Shown here one piece after another: positions 12,040-22,335 of a DNA stretch of 64,000 bases; the first letter of the stretch is position 1, and each line of letters starts with the position of its first letter. Origin of the DNA: Pavona decussata (lineage: Eukaryota); assembly GCA_977016875.1 (NCBI GenBank), contig CDRNST010000013.1:1612001-1676000 (forward strand). The letters are read 5' to 3'. The translations under genes and the position numbers were made by a program. The notes under the pieces were generated by a model, which saw nothing but the letters and a program-made list of their open reading frames with translations, was not told where the DNA came from and ran no database searches.

Positions 12040-13574
12040 TTCAACTACATTTAAACCACATTTAACTACATTTTTGACCGCTCTTGTGTGTAACAATGTT
12101 ACAATTTTGATACGCAGTCACGCAGTGATGTTTACATCGCGTACACGCGTGTACTTTCGCGTAATCGCGTGACGTCACAGATTTCCACTCTGATTGCGAC
12201 TGTCACGTCAGCTAGTGTCCTATCCAGTCTTTCTAGGATCCATGATTTATGCAATATACAGAAGACAAGTATTTTAATATTAGGGACAAACACTTGATGA
12301 TTTGATATATTTTTAACCTGATCAACGTTTTCATCGTGTAAGCAAATACCAACATTATACCCATATGAAGTAAACAGTACTTTATCTCCTTAGGAAATAC
12401 CTTCACCTCAAATAGTTGACAGGGGACTCTTTGACCGGCACCTAGAGGGGGATTTTCTCTACAGAGACGTCCTGAGCCCAACAGTGTCAAGTAAACTGTT
12501 CAAAGCATCATGTGGCTTAAAAAGGAGCAATGGATTTATCAATGTCTTTATTTTCATTTCAAGTAAAATGAATTTCCCCACATCATTCACATCAGGAATG
12601 TAAGTGATACATAAAACAGTGTTTATTCTCTTATTCTGCAAATTGGTCTAAGGGGCAATAGAGCCCCCCTTTAAAGATTTTTTAAGCACTTATTTTTTTG
12701 GAAATGGACCCAAGAGTTTTATGCTTGTCTTATACAGAATATAACAGTTTAAATAACTAGTGATGATCGAAGATTAGGGAGTGTGTTCGATGATGTTGAT
12801 ACCAGGCTCTCGCCTCTGCCAAGTTGGTGATGATGTCATTCACCCCTGCATATCTGCAGGGGGGTGACAGATACGTGTCCCAATATCCATTCATCTGTTG
12901 ATTGCCCCATACAATTTCGAATACAATTTGTATTAGTTCCCTTGCAAGTGTGTCTTTTCTACATCACATGCAATAAATTGCTGATTTAAAATAGATGTGT
13001 TGTTGAATTTGAAGTGTAGTGTTCTTAGTTGTTTTGTGCAAACATATAATTTATTTATCAGTAACTTGAAAAAACCTATAGCAAGCTTGTGAATGTTTAT
13101 AAAATCTTTTTTAACTGTAGGGTGATGCTAAATACAAAGGCAGGTAAAGTTATCAAGGAAGGATGGAAATAGGAAGTCATCAGGCCAGACAAGGAAGTTA
13201 TCAAAATAAAAGAGTTTGCTAGTGTGGATGACCTTCAGGACAGCGCCATATTGCACATCTGCATACAATTTTTCATTCAATGTAGCTAATCATTTTATTT
13301 CGCTTGGACTTTCTGTGTCCCTTTTCACTTTCGTAGAAGAAATAACAGTACAAATTTACCCTGTCATTTCGTATTATTTAAATCATTTTTGAGAAAAAAC
13401 AATGTTAACTTGGTCAAGCCCAAAATTTGCTAATTTGTTAAGTTACATCAATAAGCACAAAATTTGTATGAACAATACTCATAGTTTTATTTGACAAAAC
13501 ATTAACTATATTTTTGTACATTAACCTACCCGCCACTTTGAGGTTGAGTAGGGGTATGGGTCAAAGAGCAAATT

Positions 13575-14085
13575 TTATCTAACTTATAAATTGACACTAC
13601 CATGTTCAGTCTGTAGAAGATCATGCTAAGATAAGTCATTTGACCAAGTTTGGTGTTGTTTAGTATGATAACAACCAAGTTATGGACCTTGAAGTATGGT
13701 TACAAATCCATACTAATGTCTCTAATTTTGAGACAACATCCCCAAAACCAAACAAATTCTTAACAACTTGCTCATTTCTGTTACCTCCGTAAAATACTGT
13801 CATAAAGCTACCACTTCATAGAAACTGAGTTGAAAATTACAATGTTTATCAATTTTTAAGTATAACACGGAAATTAGAAAAATTGAGAGAGTTTAATATA
13901 TATTGTTGGGGGGACGCCCTCTCAAAAGTAGAGACATTTCAGTAGATTTGGGATCATATGTCAATGTAAATAACTTGGTTGTACATGTAATTCAACTAAA
14001 CAACACCAAACTTGGTCAAACTGCTATTCTTTAAAGTGGTTTTTCATATGGTGGTGTCAATAAATTCTATTTATAAATTGGATAC
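13575..14085. mobile_element. Non-autonomous element with long imperfect inverted arms
   Basis: tttgaccaagtttggtgttgtttagt (~13640) versus actaaacaacaccaaacttggtcaaa (~13996); ttataaattgacac versus gtgtcaataaatt; ttttgaga versus tctcaaaa. Confidence 0.6.
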
Positions 14086-14326
14086 ATTTTGTAACTCAAA
14101 CCAGTCCCCTGCGCAACTTCAAACTGGCCAATAGCTAATATTATTATACAATGCTGATGCTATCTCAATTTTGATTGGCTAAAAGCACCCCGCTAATTCT
14201 AGATGGCGCTGTGTCATCGCGTCACATCTACAGACACTGGCGTTTATGCATGTAGGTATGACGCGTTTTTGCAGACAATGGTTTTCGTCACCTGACAAGC
14301 TAGCCGGCGGTTTGAGCAAGATTGTC

Positions 14327-15510
14327 ATGGCGGAGTCCGCTCCAAGATTCGCGTCAGTCTCAGAAGCGGATTTAGGACGCCTTGTTGACGACAAGGACGC
14401 AAAGAACACCAAACAAGCTACCAAGACAGCTCTTAGAGTTTTACAGCAGTATTTGAAGGAGAAGAAAGTTCCCGAACAGCAAACCGAAGATGGCATCAGT
14501 AATGTTCTCAAACTATTTTATGCCGAGGCTAGAAAAGTCGATGGAACTTCTTATTCCAAAAGCACTCTCAACAGCCTGAGATTTGGACTGGGCAGACACT
14601 TCAAGGCGACTCTTGGCTTCGATATAATAAACGATCCAGCATTTGCCGAGGCAAACAAAGTTTTTGGCGCCAAGTGCGTTGAACTAAAACGACAAGGGTT
14701 GCCAAAGTCGAACACACGCCACCGATCTGCGAAGAAGATCTTAAAAAGGTGTAAGAGAGCGATGTTTTTAACCAAAACAGCCCGGAAACGCTTCAAAACA
14801 AAGTTTTTTTCGAGGTTATGTTGTACTTTTGTCGCCGAGGAAGCCAAAATCTTCGTGAACTCAAAAAAGCTGATTTTTCATTCAGCACGGATGGCAAAGG
14901 TGCAAAATATGTGTGCAAAACAACAGATGAACTCACAAAGAACTGACGAGAAAATAATGAAGGATTTGAAGGAGGCGTGATGTTCGAGAAACCAGGACCA
15001 CACTGTCCTGTGGCTTCATTTGAACGGTACATACAGCACCTGAATCCCTCAAACGAATTTTTGTTTCAGCGGCCGAAGAAAAACGCCGGCATATCTGATC
15101 AAGTGTGGTACGATAACATGGTTGTCGGAGAGCGTTTGCTCGGTGAAAAAATGAAAAGGATCTCTCGAGAAGCCAAACTTTCAAAGTGTTACACCAATCA
15201 CTCGATCAGGGCAACGGCGGTTACAATCCTGGACAAGTCCGGGTTCGAAGCAAGGCATATCATGGCGGTGAGCGGGCACAGAAATGAATCCAGCATTCGG
15301 AGCTATAGCAGGACTGACATTTCAACCAAGAGAAAAATGTCGGAAACCCTGACGACAGAGTGCGAGGTGAGAGGTGAGGAAGTGGCTATTAATCCGCACC
15401 AGTTATCTCCTGTTATTAGCCTTTCTCAAGAGGAATTTATTGTACAGAACTCTCATTCAGAGATAACGAAAAATTTTAATTTCTTCAACTGTAATGTCAA
15501 CATTCATTAA
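14327..15510 (+). pseudogene. Crypton tyrosine recombinase (DUF3504/ZMYM-KCTD1-like); frameshift ~14700 and stop 14944
   Basis: RFASVSE...AKNTKQAT; FYAEARKVDG.SYSKSTL; CPVASFERY; catalytic YTNHSIRAT...IMAVSGHRNESSIRSY. Confidence 0.88.
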
Positions 15511-15778
15511 ACGCAAATCGGGAACATTTTTCATAAGACCGTACAACTTAACTTTAGAATTTTGTTCAAAAGTTTCAGTTCGATTCAGTTTTTCCTGAAA
15601 TGTTTTCAGATGTTTTAAGCGTAAATCCTTTCTGTAAACCTTTTGAATTCCGCTTTACACGTTATTCACGGCTGTCATTAATAAAGATGTTTACACTAAA
15701 ACGTGTCATTGCGTGGCTTACTTTGTTGTTGTTCTGTGAAATGTCTCAACGCTTGTACATTTATAATTGTATAATAAA

Positions 15779-15927
15779 ACAATTATTGGATTCGGTTTTC
15801 ACATGATAGCGAAATTATCAAGGCCTCGGTTTGTGTTATCCGCCTCAGCCTTCGGCTTTGGCAGATAACACAAACCTCAGCCTTGATAATTCTCGCTATC
15901 ATGCTCAACCTCATCCAATAATTGCTT
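15779..15927. repeat. ~150-bp hairpin at the 3' end of the Crypton element
   Basis: aacaattattggat...catgatagcga.aattatcaaggc...gtttgtgttatc pairs with gataacacaaac...gccttgataattctcgctatcatg...atccaataattg. Confidence 0.8.
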
Positions 15928-16210
15928 AATATTACTCATTATACACTGCATGTTATAAAAATTAGCGAAAAAGATGATTTTTGATATCTGTTAATTAATA
16001 ATAACCATGGTTATAAAATAAACTATAAAACCTGTTTTAAAGAAAACAGCATGCTTTCTAATGAATTAGGAATTTCACTCTTGGCAAGAAGACCTTCTTT
16101 AATTTCTAGTCCTCTTAAAGTAATCTTACTCGAACTGCATAACTGTATTCTTTCAAATTGTACAGGTAGAAATGAAAATGTGCTAAATGGGACGTCAAAT
16201 ATCAAATTAA

Positions 16211-16352
16211 CCCTTTAACCCTAAATATAAAGGAACAAATTCTCCCAGCTTGTAACTATACTTTTATCAAATAGACGAAAGATCCTCGCAGTTACTACGC
16301 AACTTAAGCAGAGTCAAAAAAGAAAGCCTGAAAAAAAGTTAAGGCTTGAACA

Positions 16353-16387
<35 letters not shown>

Positions 16388-16714
16388 TGCAGTGCTCTAC
16401 CAACTGAGCACTGCATGCACCGACATCGTATGGGTTATGGGTTCGAATCCGGTTCAAGCCTGAGTTTTTTTTTTCAGGCTTTCTTTTCCGTAACTGGTTA
16501 AGTTGCATAGTAACTGTGAGGACCTTTTTTCTATTTGATCTTTCATATGCAGTTCAAAATATATGTTTCATATATTTACATCATATTATACTTTTCTTAC
16601 AAAATAACTCCCTTGCATGATTATTCATTCTGATGACCTCAGGGGTGGAATAAGTATTGATACAGTGTATTGCAAAGAGAAATTTGATGCTGATCACTGC
16701 CAGGGCTGAAAAGG
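16211..16714. mobile_element. piggyBac-type MITE
   Basis: TTAA|ccctttaaccc ... gggctgaaaagg|TTAA. Confidence 0.6.
16271..16535. mobile_element. Palindromic (head-to-head) tRNA-derived SINE pair
   Basis: B-box ggttcgaatcc on both strands (16353-16363 minus, 16440-16450 plus); arms aagaaagcctgaaaaaaa / tttttttcaggctttctt; centre ...gcatgcagtgctc / gagcactgcatgc. Confidence 0.75.
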
Positions 16715-17299
16715 TTAAGAGCAAATGCACAAAAATATCGATCAAAGCAAAGCCACTCTTAATTAATCTACCTTCATTTGGAGTTTTTAGCGAGGTATTA
16801 GTGAGTTTTGAAAGGTTTCGAGGTTTATTTTCAAAAATACGGCCGAATTTTAGAAATATATGAGAAAATCGATGTCGCGCTCTCGCTGGCCAAAGAATGT
16901 CCGAATAAATTAGCAAAAATTAGCAGACCAATTTATGTCCTCATAAATTTAAGTTAATGGAACAACCATGAGAGATTACGTGCTGGTTGTGTGACATGCT
17001 TTAAGTTAGGGGGTAGGGTTTCACAGTCCAAAGTTTATTGGGATCACATGCATTAGTAACGCAAACTGTACGCTGAGCCAATCAGAATCGGCTGGTATTT
17101 CACTGTCAATCAATCCTCAGACATCGAGCACGAGTTCTGTGTTCATTCATTCCTTCGCTGCGAGCTAGCAAACTGTAGGTGTCTTGTTCTACGACGTGTC
17201 TTTTAATAACTTTCGCAGCCGTTCAATTTGTTTCTTCACTCGCTTCTGAGACGATTTCCCTATCCTGTGAGGGGATTTTAAGTTTCAGGACCGCAAATC

Positions 17300-18481
17300 A
17301 TGTCGCCACGAGCACGCCGGTCGACTTCCCGCCCAGGCGCACAACCGAATATCGACCCGACTGTGCTTGGAGCCCTATCCATCACCGACCTTTGCTCTCT
17401 TTGCGTTCAACATGGGATTCCGTCGATAGGAGTCTGAAGGACTCTCGAAAGCCGGCTCCGGGAGCTGAACAATCCACCACCAACTCAGGTTCAAAACATC
17501 AATGGACATGAACCAGTAACTCCAAACAACGACGAAACGGCGGCAAACAGGCAAGAGCGCACTGAGTTTACAGATGGTCAGATACAGATGATCCAACAAT
17601 TAATTGCGGACACTGTGAAACAATCTGCCAAGGAGATAGGGACCAAGGTGGCTAGGGCCGCTGTGAGTGCTTCGTCGAGCCTCCTTGCCCAAAGGCCCGC
17701 TTCGCTTGTGCGTGGCACAGCGCCTGAAACGACAGTTCCCACGAACACTGCGGCGGTAAACTTCGCATCGCCCTTCCAAGACATCCCAGGGCAGTATATC
17801 AAAGACATCCAATGTGGTGAGTTTTTTGATCTTTCCAAACACCTTCCAAAGAACCTGTCGCTGCATGACGAGGAGGATAATCTTGTCCTCTCCTTAGAGA
17901 ACTCCGTCGTTAAGGTGTCGAAGAAATCGAAGCAGACGGCCTCCACCTCTATTACCGATATTGAACAGTGGACCACTGCTTTTACGTCCTATATGAGTGT
18001 ACTAATGGACAAGTTCCCAACACGATCACAGGAACTCTTGCAATATGTGAGTTTAATTGGATACGCAGCCCATGTGCACAAAGGGTTAGGATGGGCCATT
18101 TATGATTTTAAGTTTCGCCAGAAAGCTAGCGTAAATAAGTCTATTAATTGGTCAGTGGTTGACACTCAGCTTTGGTTAACCATTTTTACTGTGTCACCAG
18201 AGATACTCAAAGAAGAGTATCCGCTTTTTTCCAATGGACCCCAGCGAAATGTGTCTACAACAGGGGACGCGAACAGAGGCACATGCAACTTTTACAATAG
18301 GAGCGCCACATGTAATAGAGACCCCTGCTATTTTAGACATGTGTGTAACAGATGTAGTGGATTGCACCCAAGGGTTGACTGCCAGGCCCACCCTGTGCGG
18401 CAACCAGAGCGTGAAGGGGGGAGGAATAGAGATAGTGACCATGGTGGCAGCTCAAAGTCAAGTCCCTCTCATCGAAAGTGA
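17300..18481 (+). pseudogene. DIRS/Ngaro gag-like ORF1 (SAP-like N-terminus, C-terminal Cys/His knuckle); stops at 17435 and ~17517
   Basis: ATG 17300 is in frame with ORF 17588-18481; ITDIEQWTTAF, WAIYDFKFRQ, CNFYN...C...C.FRHVCNRCSGLH. Confidence 0.8.
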
Positions 18482-18489
18482 GAACAATA

Positions 18490-21030
18490 CTTGCCCCCTC
18501 CTGACCCCTATTAATGTACGACGACTTGAGGAAACATTGATTAATCATCCTGATCAGGAATTTGTCTCCAAATAGTGTAATAATCTTAGGTATGGGGCCG
18601 ATGTGGGTTTTACTGGGAGAAGTGTTGCTAGATTCTCTAGGAATCTGCCCACTGCCCTTTCCCAACCAAATATTGTTTCAGAAAACCTTTCCGGGGAAGT
18701 GGCCCTGGGGCGAGTTGCAGGTCCTTTCCCCAGCCCACCACTGCCCAATTTCCAGGTGTCACCCATCGGATTGGTGCCCAAAAAACATTATACTAAGTTT
18801 AGGACCATCTTTCACTTATCTTTCCCAAAATCTGGAGAGACGAGTATCAACTCTTTAATCCCCAAGGAGGATTTCAGCCTTCAGTATATCACAATCGACA
18901 ATGCAATCCAAGGGATTTCGAGCCTCGGCCAAGGGTGCTTTCTTGCGAAGACCGACATCGAGTCAGCGTTTCGCCTCATCCCTCTTAGGCCTTCAGATTA
19001 TAAGCTATACGGCATGTATTGGGAGGGTAGCTACTACTATGACAAAGTTCTTCCCTTTGGCTTGAGGAGTGCCCCTTTTCTGTTCAATTTACTGTCCGAT
19101 GCGATAGAGTGGATCCTCCTCAATCAATGCCAGGTTTCGTTTGTTTGTCATATCCTCGATGATTTCTTGATCATCGAACCAGCATTATCCTCTCCTCCTC
19201 TAAATTTGCTATGCCAGCAGAGCTTGAATAGCATGCTCTTGACCTTTAGGAATCTGGGTATCCCCACTGCACCCCACAAAACAGAGGGCCCTTCTACTAC
19301 CCTTGAGTTCATGGGAATTATCCTGGACACCGTCCGGATGGAGGCCAGAGTCCCAGCAGATAAGGTAGAACGGATACAGGCCTCCCTTGCCCTCTTTCAA
19401 ACAAAAAGGACATGCAACCTAAAGGAGTTACAGTCACTCATTGGGACTTTTAATTTTGCATGCAAAGTTATCCCCCCTGGGAGACCCTTTCTTCAGCGCA
19501 CGATTGAGCTAACTCGTAAAGTCGCTAAACCTCACCACCACATTAAATTAAGCAAGGGTTTCTTCAAGGATCTCACTATGTGGCAACAGTTTATCCACAC
19601 CTGGAATGGGGCCGGGTTTTTCCTCCCTACTTCATGGCTAGACTCCGACTCCTTAGAACTGCATACTGATGCCTCAGGCACACTTGGGTACAGTGGGATA
19701 TAAGGTCAGAAATGGTTTCAGGGTAGGTGGGAGACTCCCCACCAGCTCAATGCTCCTGGTATAAGCATTGCCTAGCAAGAGTTATTTGCTCTGGTGGTAG
19801 CATGCCACCTATGGGGGGATGAGTTCGCTAATAAGCGTATCATTTTCTATAGTGACAACCAATCGGTTGTCAGTATAGTAAACTCTAAACGATCCCACAT
19901 TCCTAGGGTTATGGATCTGGTTCGCCATTTTACCCTCTTAACTTTAAGACATACCGTGTAGCATGAAAATTTTGCGGGTTCTAATTTTTGCGGATTTTGC
20001 GGATTGACCTCGATCCGCAAAAATTAGTTCCCGCAGAAAAAAACACCCGCAAAATACAACGCCGCAAAAATTAACTCCCTTCAGTCAAATTTAAAACTCC
20101 TCTTTAGTAGACTTATGCCACTGGAGCGATATACATTGGAATTAAACAAGAACATTAACATGATTTTCCATTGGATAAAGCAACTAGAGCTGTCAAGAAT
20201 AAAGCAATTCAGTACATTAGATTGGCACGGATGGGCCATCTGAAGGAATGCACAGACTTGAATCGTGCAGCAGACCAACCATGTTCTATTGGCGCTTCTG
20301 CGGTGGCCTGCACAGAAGTGCAGAAGTTCAACTAAACAAGAGTGTTATTATTATCGACTGAGTCTGTCTCATTGCGTTACAATAGGGCATAGTTTTGCAT
20401 TTTAGCAGGCCGCTCCCAGTTAGGTCTCAAAGTACATCTTTCACTCGAAAGCTCCTCTGTATGCATAGAAAGGTTTCAGCTACCGTAATTCAAACACTCA
20501 TACTGCTTTCTGATAAAATAATATACGGTAATAGCGTCGTGGCAAACCATTTTAACGAAACAATGTTTGGCTGTGCATGGTAGGGGTAGGCTTCTTGTTT
20601 TGTTGTTGTTCAGTCCCTTTGCGCAGTAAGGTACTGTATTACAGAGATATGTCTCTAATATGTAACTAGAGTGAACTGTGACTCAATTGACCGTACAATA
20701 AAAGTTGAAAATATTCAGGTTTCTTCCGCTTAAATATTCTGCTGCTTGAACCAGAGCATCGCAAAAATTAGTTCCCAGCAGAAATTTCAGTCATCTCGAA
20801 CCGCAAAAATTTGTTCCCGCAAACCACAAAAAATCGCGAATCCGCAAAATAAAACTCCCGCAAATTTTTCGTGCTACACGGTAACTTTTATCCAAGGACG
20901 GAACACATTGAAGGCAAGAAAAATGAAATCGCGGATTCCCTCTCTCGATTTCAGATGCAGCGATTTCGCAGACTGGCCCCTCACACAGACCCAGCCCCAT
21001 GTCCTGTACCCCCGGCAATGTTGGTGATCT
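18490..21030 (+). pseudogene. DIRS/Ngaro reverse transcriptase-RNase H, interrupted by MITE 19954-20881
   Basis: SPIGLVPKK, KTDIESAFR, LPFGLRSAP, HILDDFL, LHTDASG, YSDNQSVV; after MITE removal reads LRHNFY...HIEGKKNEIADSLSRFQ. Confidence 0.9.
19954..20881. mobile_element. Non-autonomous Tc1/mariner-type element (928 bp), TA TSD
   Basis: ta|ccgtgtagcatgaaaattttgcggg ... cccgcaaatttttcgtgctacacgg|ta; subterminal ccgcaaaa repeats; excision restores the RNase H frame. Confidence 0.88.
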
Positions 21031-21994
21031 GAATGCCGACATCCAGAAGTACTTACGTCTCTCTGTTGCTGCCTCTACTAAACAAACATATACCTCTGGT
21101 GAACGTAGATTTTTGGACTTTTGCACCCTCCATAGCCCACACAGGTCAATTTATTTGCCAACCAATGAAGAGACTCTTATTCAGTAGGTTGCCTATTTAG
21201 CCAAAACAATTAAACACTCATCCATCAAGGGTTACCTGGCTGCAGTTAGACACCTGCATATCCGCTCAGGCTATGACCTGGACCTTAAGAAATTCTTGCG
21301 CCTGCAGTTGATTTGCCGCGGCATCAAGTGTTCCCAGGGCGATTCTACCCGCATTCGACTCCCTATTACAATAAACCATCTGAAATTGTTCTTCCAACTT
21401 CTTGCAATCCCGACCACCAGTCGTTATGACTCCATTATGGTATGGGCAGCCATGACCTTAGCCTTTTTTGGTTTCCTCTGCTTGGGAGAAATGACCTGCA
21501 ACTCACCCTATTCATGTACACTCCACTTGTCTCCAGGGGATGTAACCTTTTTCCCCAGTATTCAGAACCCTGACCATATGTCAGTTAGAATAAAAATATC
21601 CAAAACTGACCCATTTCGTTCTGGTCAGACTATTGTTATTGGAAGGACTGACCAGAGGGTCTGCCCTGTTTTGGCTACGACAAATTATTTGTCCTACCGG
21701 GGGACCACACTAGGTCCACTCTTTCAGTACTTGTCTGGCGCTCCCCTCACAAAAGCGGGACTTGCCTCTGAAACTAGGCAGCTTCTCTCTATGTCAGGTT
21801 TTCAGCCTTCTTAGTATGCCGGACATAGCTATAGAATTGAGGCTGCCACAACCTCGGCTTCTGTGGGCCTTCCCCCTTGGCTAATAAAAACACTGGGGCG
21901 GTGGTCCTGTGACTGCTATGAAAGATATGTTCAGTGCCCACCTTCCCTTCTTTCTGGGGTTTCCCGTCAGCCGTTAGGTGATACCTTTAGTTAG
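21020..21994 (+). pseudogene. DIRS/Ngaro tyrosine recombinase; stops at 21185 and 21812
   Basis: IKGYLAAVRH, RLPIT, LAFFGFL.LGE, SKTDPFRSG, CPV, HSYRI.AAT, LGRWS.DCYERY. Confidence 0.88.
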
Positions 21995-22156
21995 TTAATT
22001 CATTACTTATTTTAGGGGTCGGGGTTGTTTCGTCTATGGGGAATACACTTTGTGTATTTGTGGGGATGAAGTGCTCTCTTACAGGCACTCTTGGCCCCAT
22101 AGACGCACAGAATTGATGGGTTACCATGGTAACCATGAGTCTAAACTCCCTTAGGA

Positions 22157-22335
22157 CTAGGAACCTCTCTCGGGGTATTGTGACCTGCAGCCCTAAGGGG
22201 GAGTAGGGACCTTTTCAGGGTATTGTGACCTGCAGCCCTGAAAGGGAGTAAGGACCTCTTTTGGGGTATTGTGACTGCAGCCCCCAAGAGGATTAGGAAC
22301 CTCTCCCAGGGGTTTGTGACCTGCATCCCCGGAGA
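22157..22335. repeat. Tandem repeat, ~45-bp unit, ~4 copies, in the DIRS 3' region
   Basis: tagg.acctct...ggggtattgtgacctgcagccc...ggag recurs. Confidence 0.8.

Larger units (their letters stand above)
4347..12244 (+). mobile_element. Complete P-superfamily DNA transposon (7.9 kb) with two convergent genes
   Basis: Perfect 31-bp TIR catggatcctagaaagactggataggacact (4347-4377 / 12214-12244); 7-bp TSD atttatg on both sides; encodes a P-type transposase. Confidence 0.93.

Noticed and set aside
12233-12641. Possible coding remnant (FEVKVFPKEIK, Argonaute-like at first glance)
   Set aside because: No further motifs; stops in all frames
14327-15510. Bacterial/phage integrase
   Set aside because: Motifs match eukaryotic Crypton/DUF3504; no prokaryotic gene context
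16271-16535. Functional tRNA genes
   Set aside because: B-boxes are present but there is no clean cloverleaf; embedded in a palindromic repeat with SINE bodies
22157-22335. CRISPR-like repeat near an RT and a recombinase
   Set aside because: Degenerate tandem repeat without spacers, inside a DIRS 3' region
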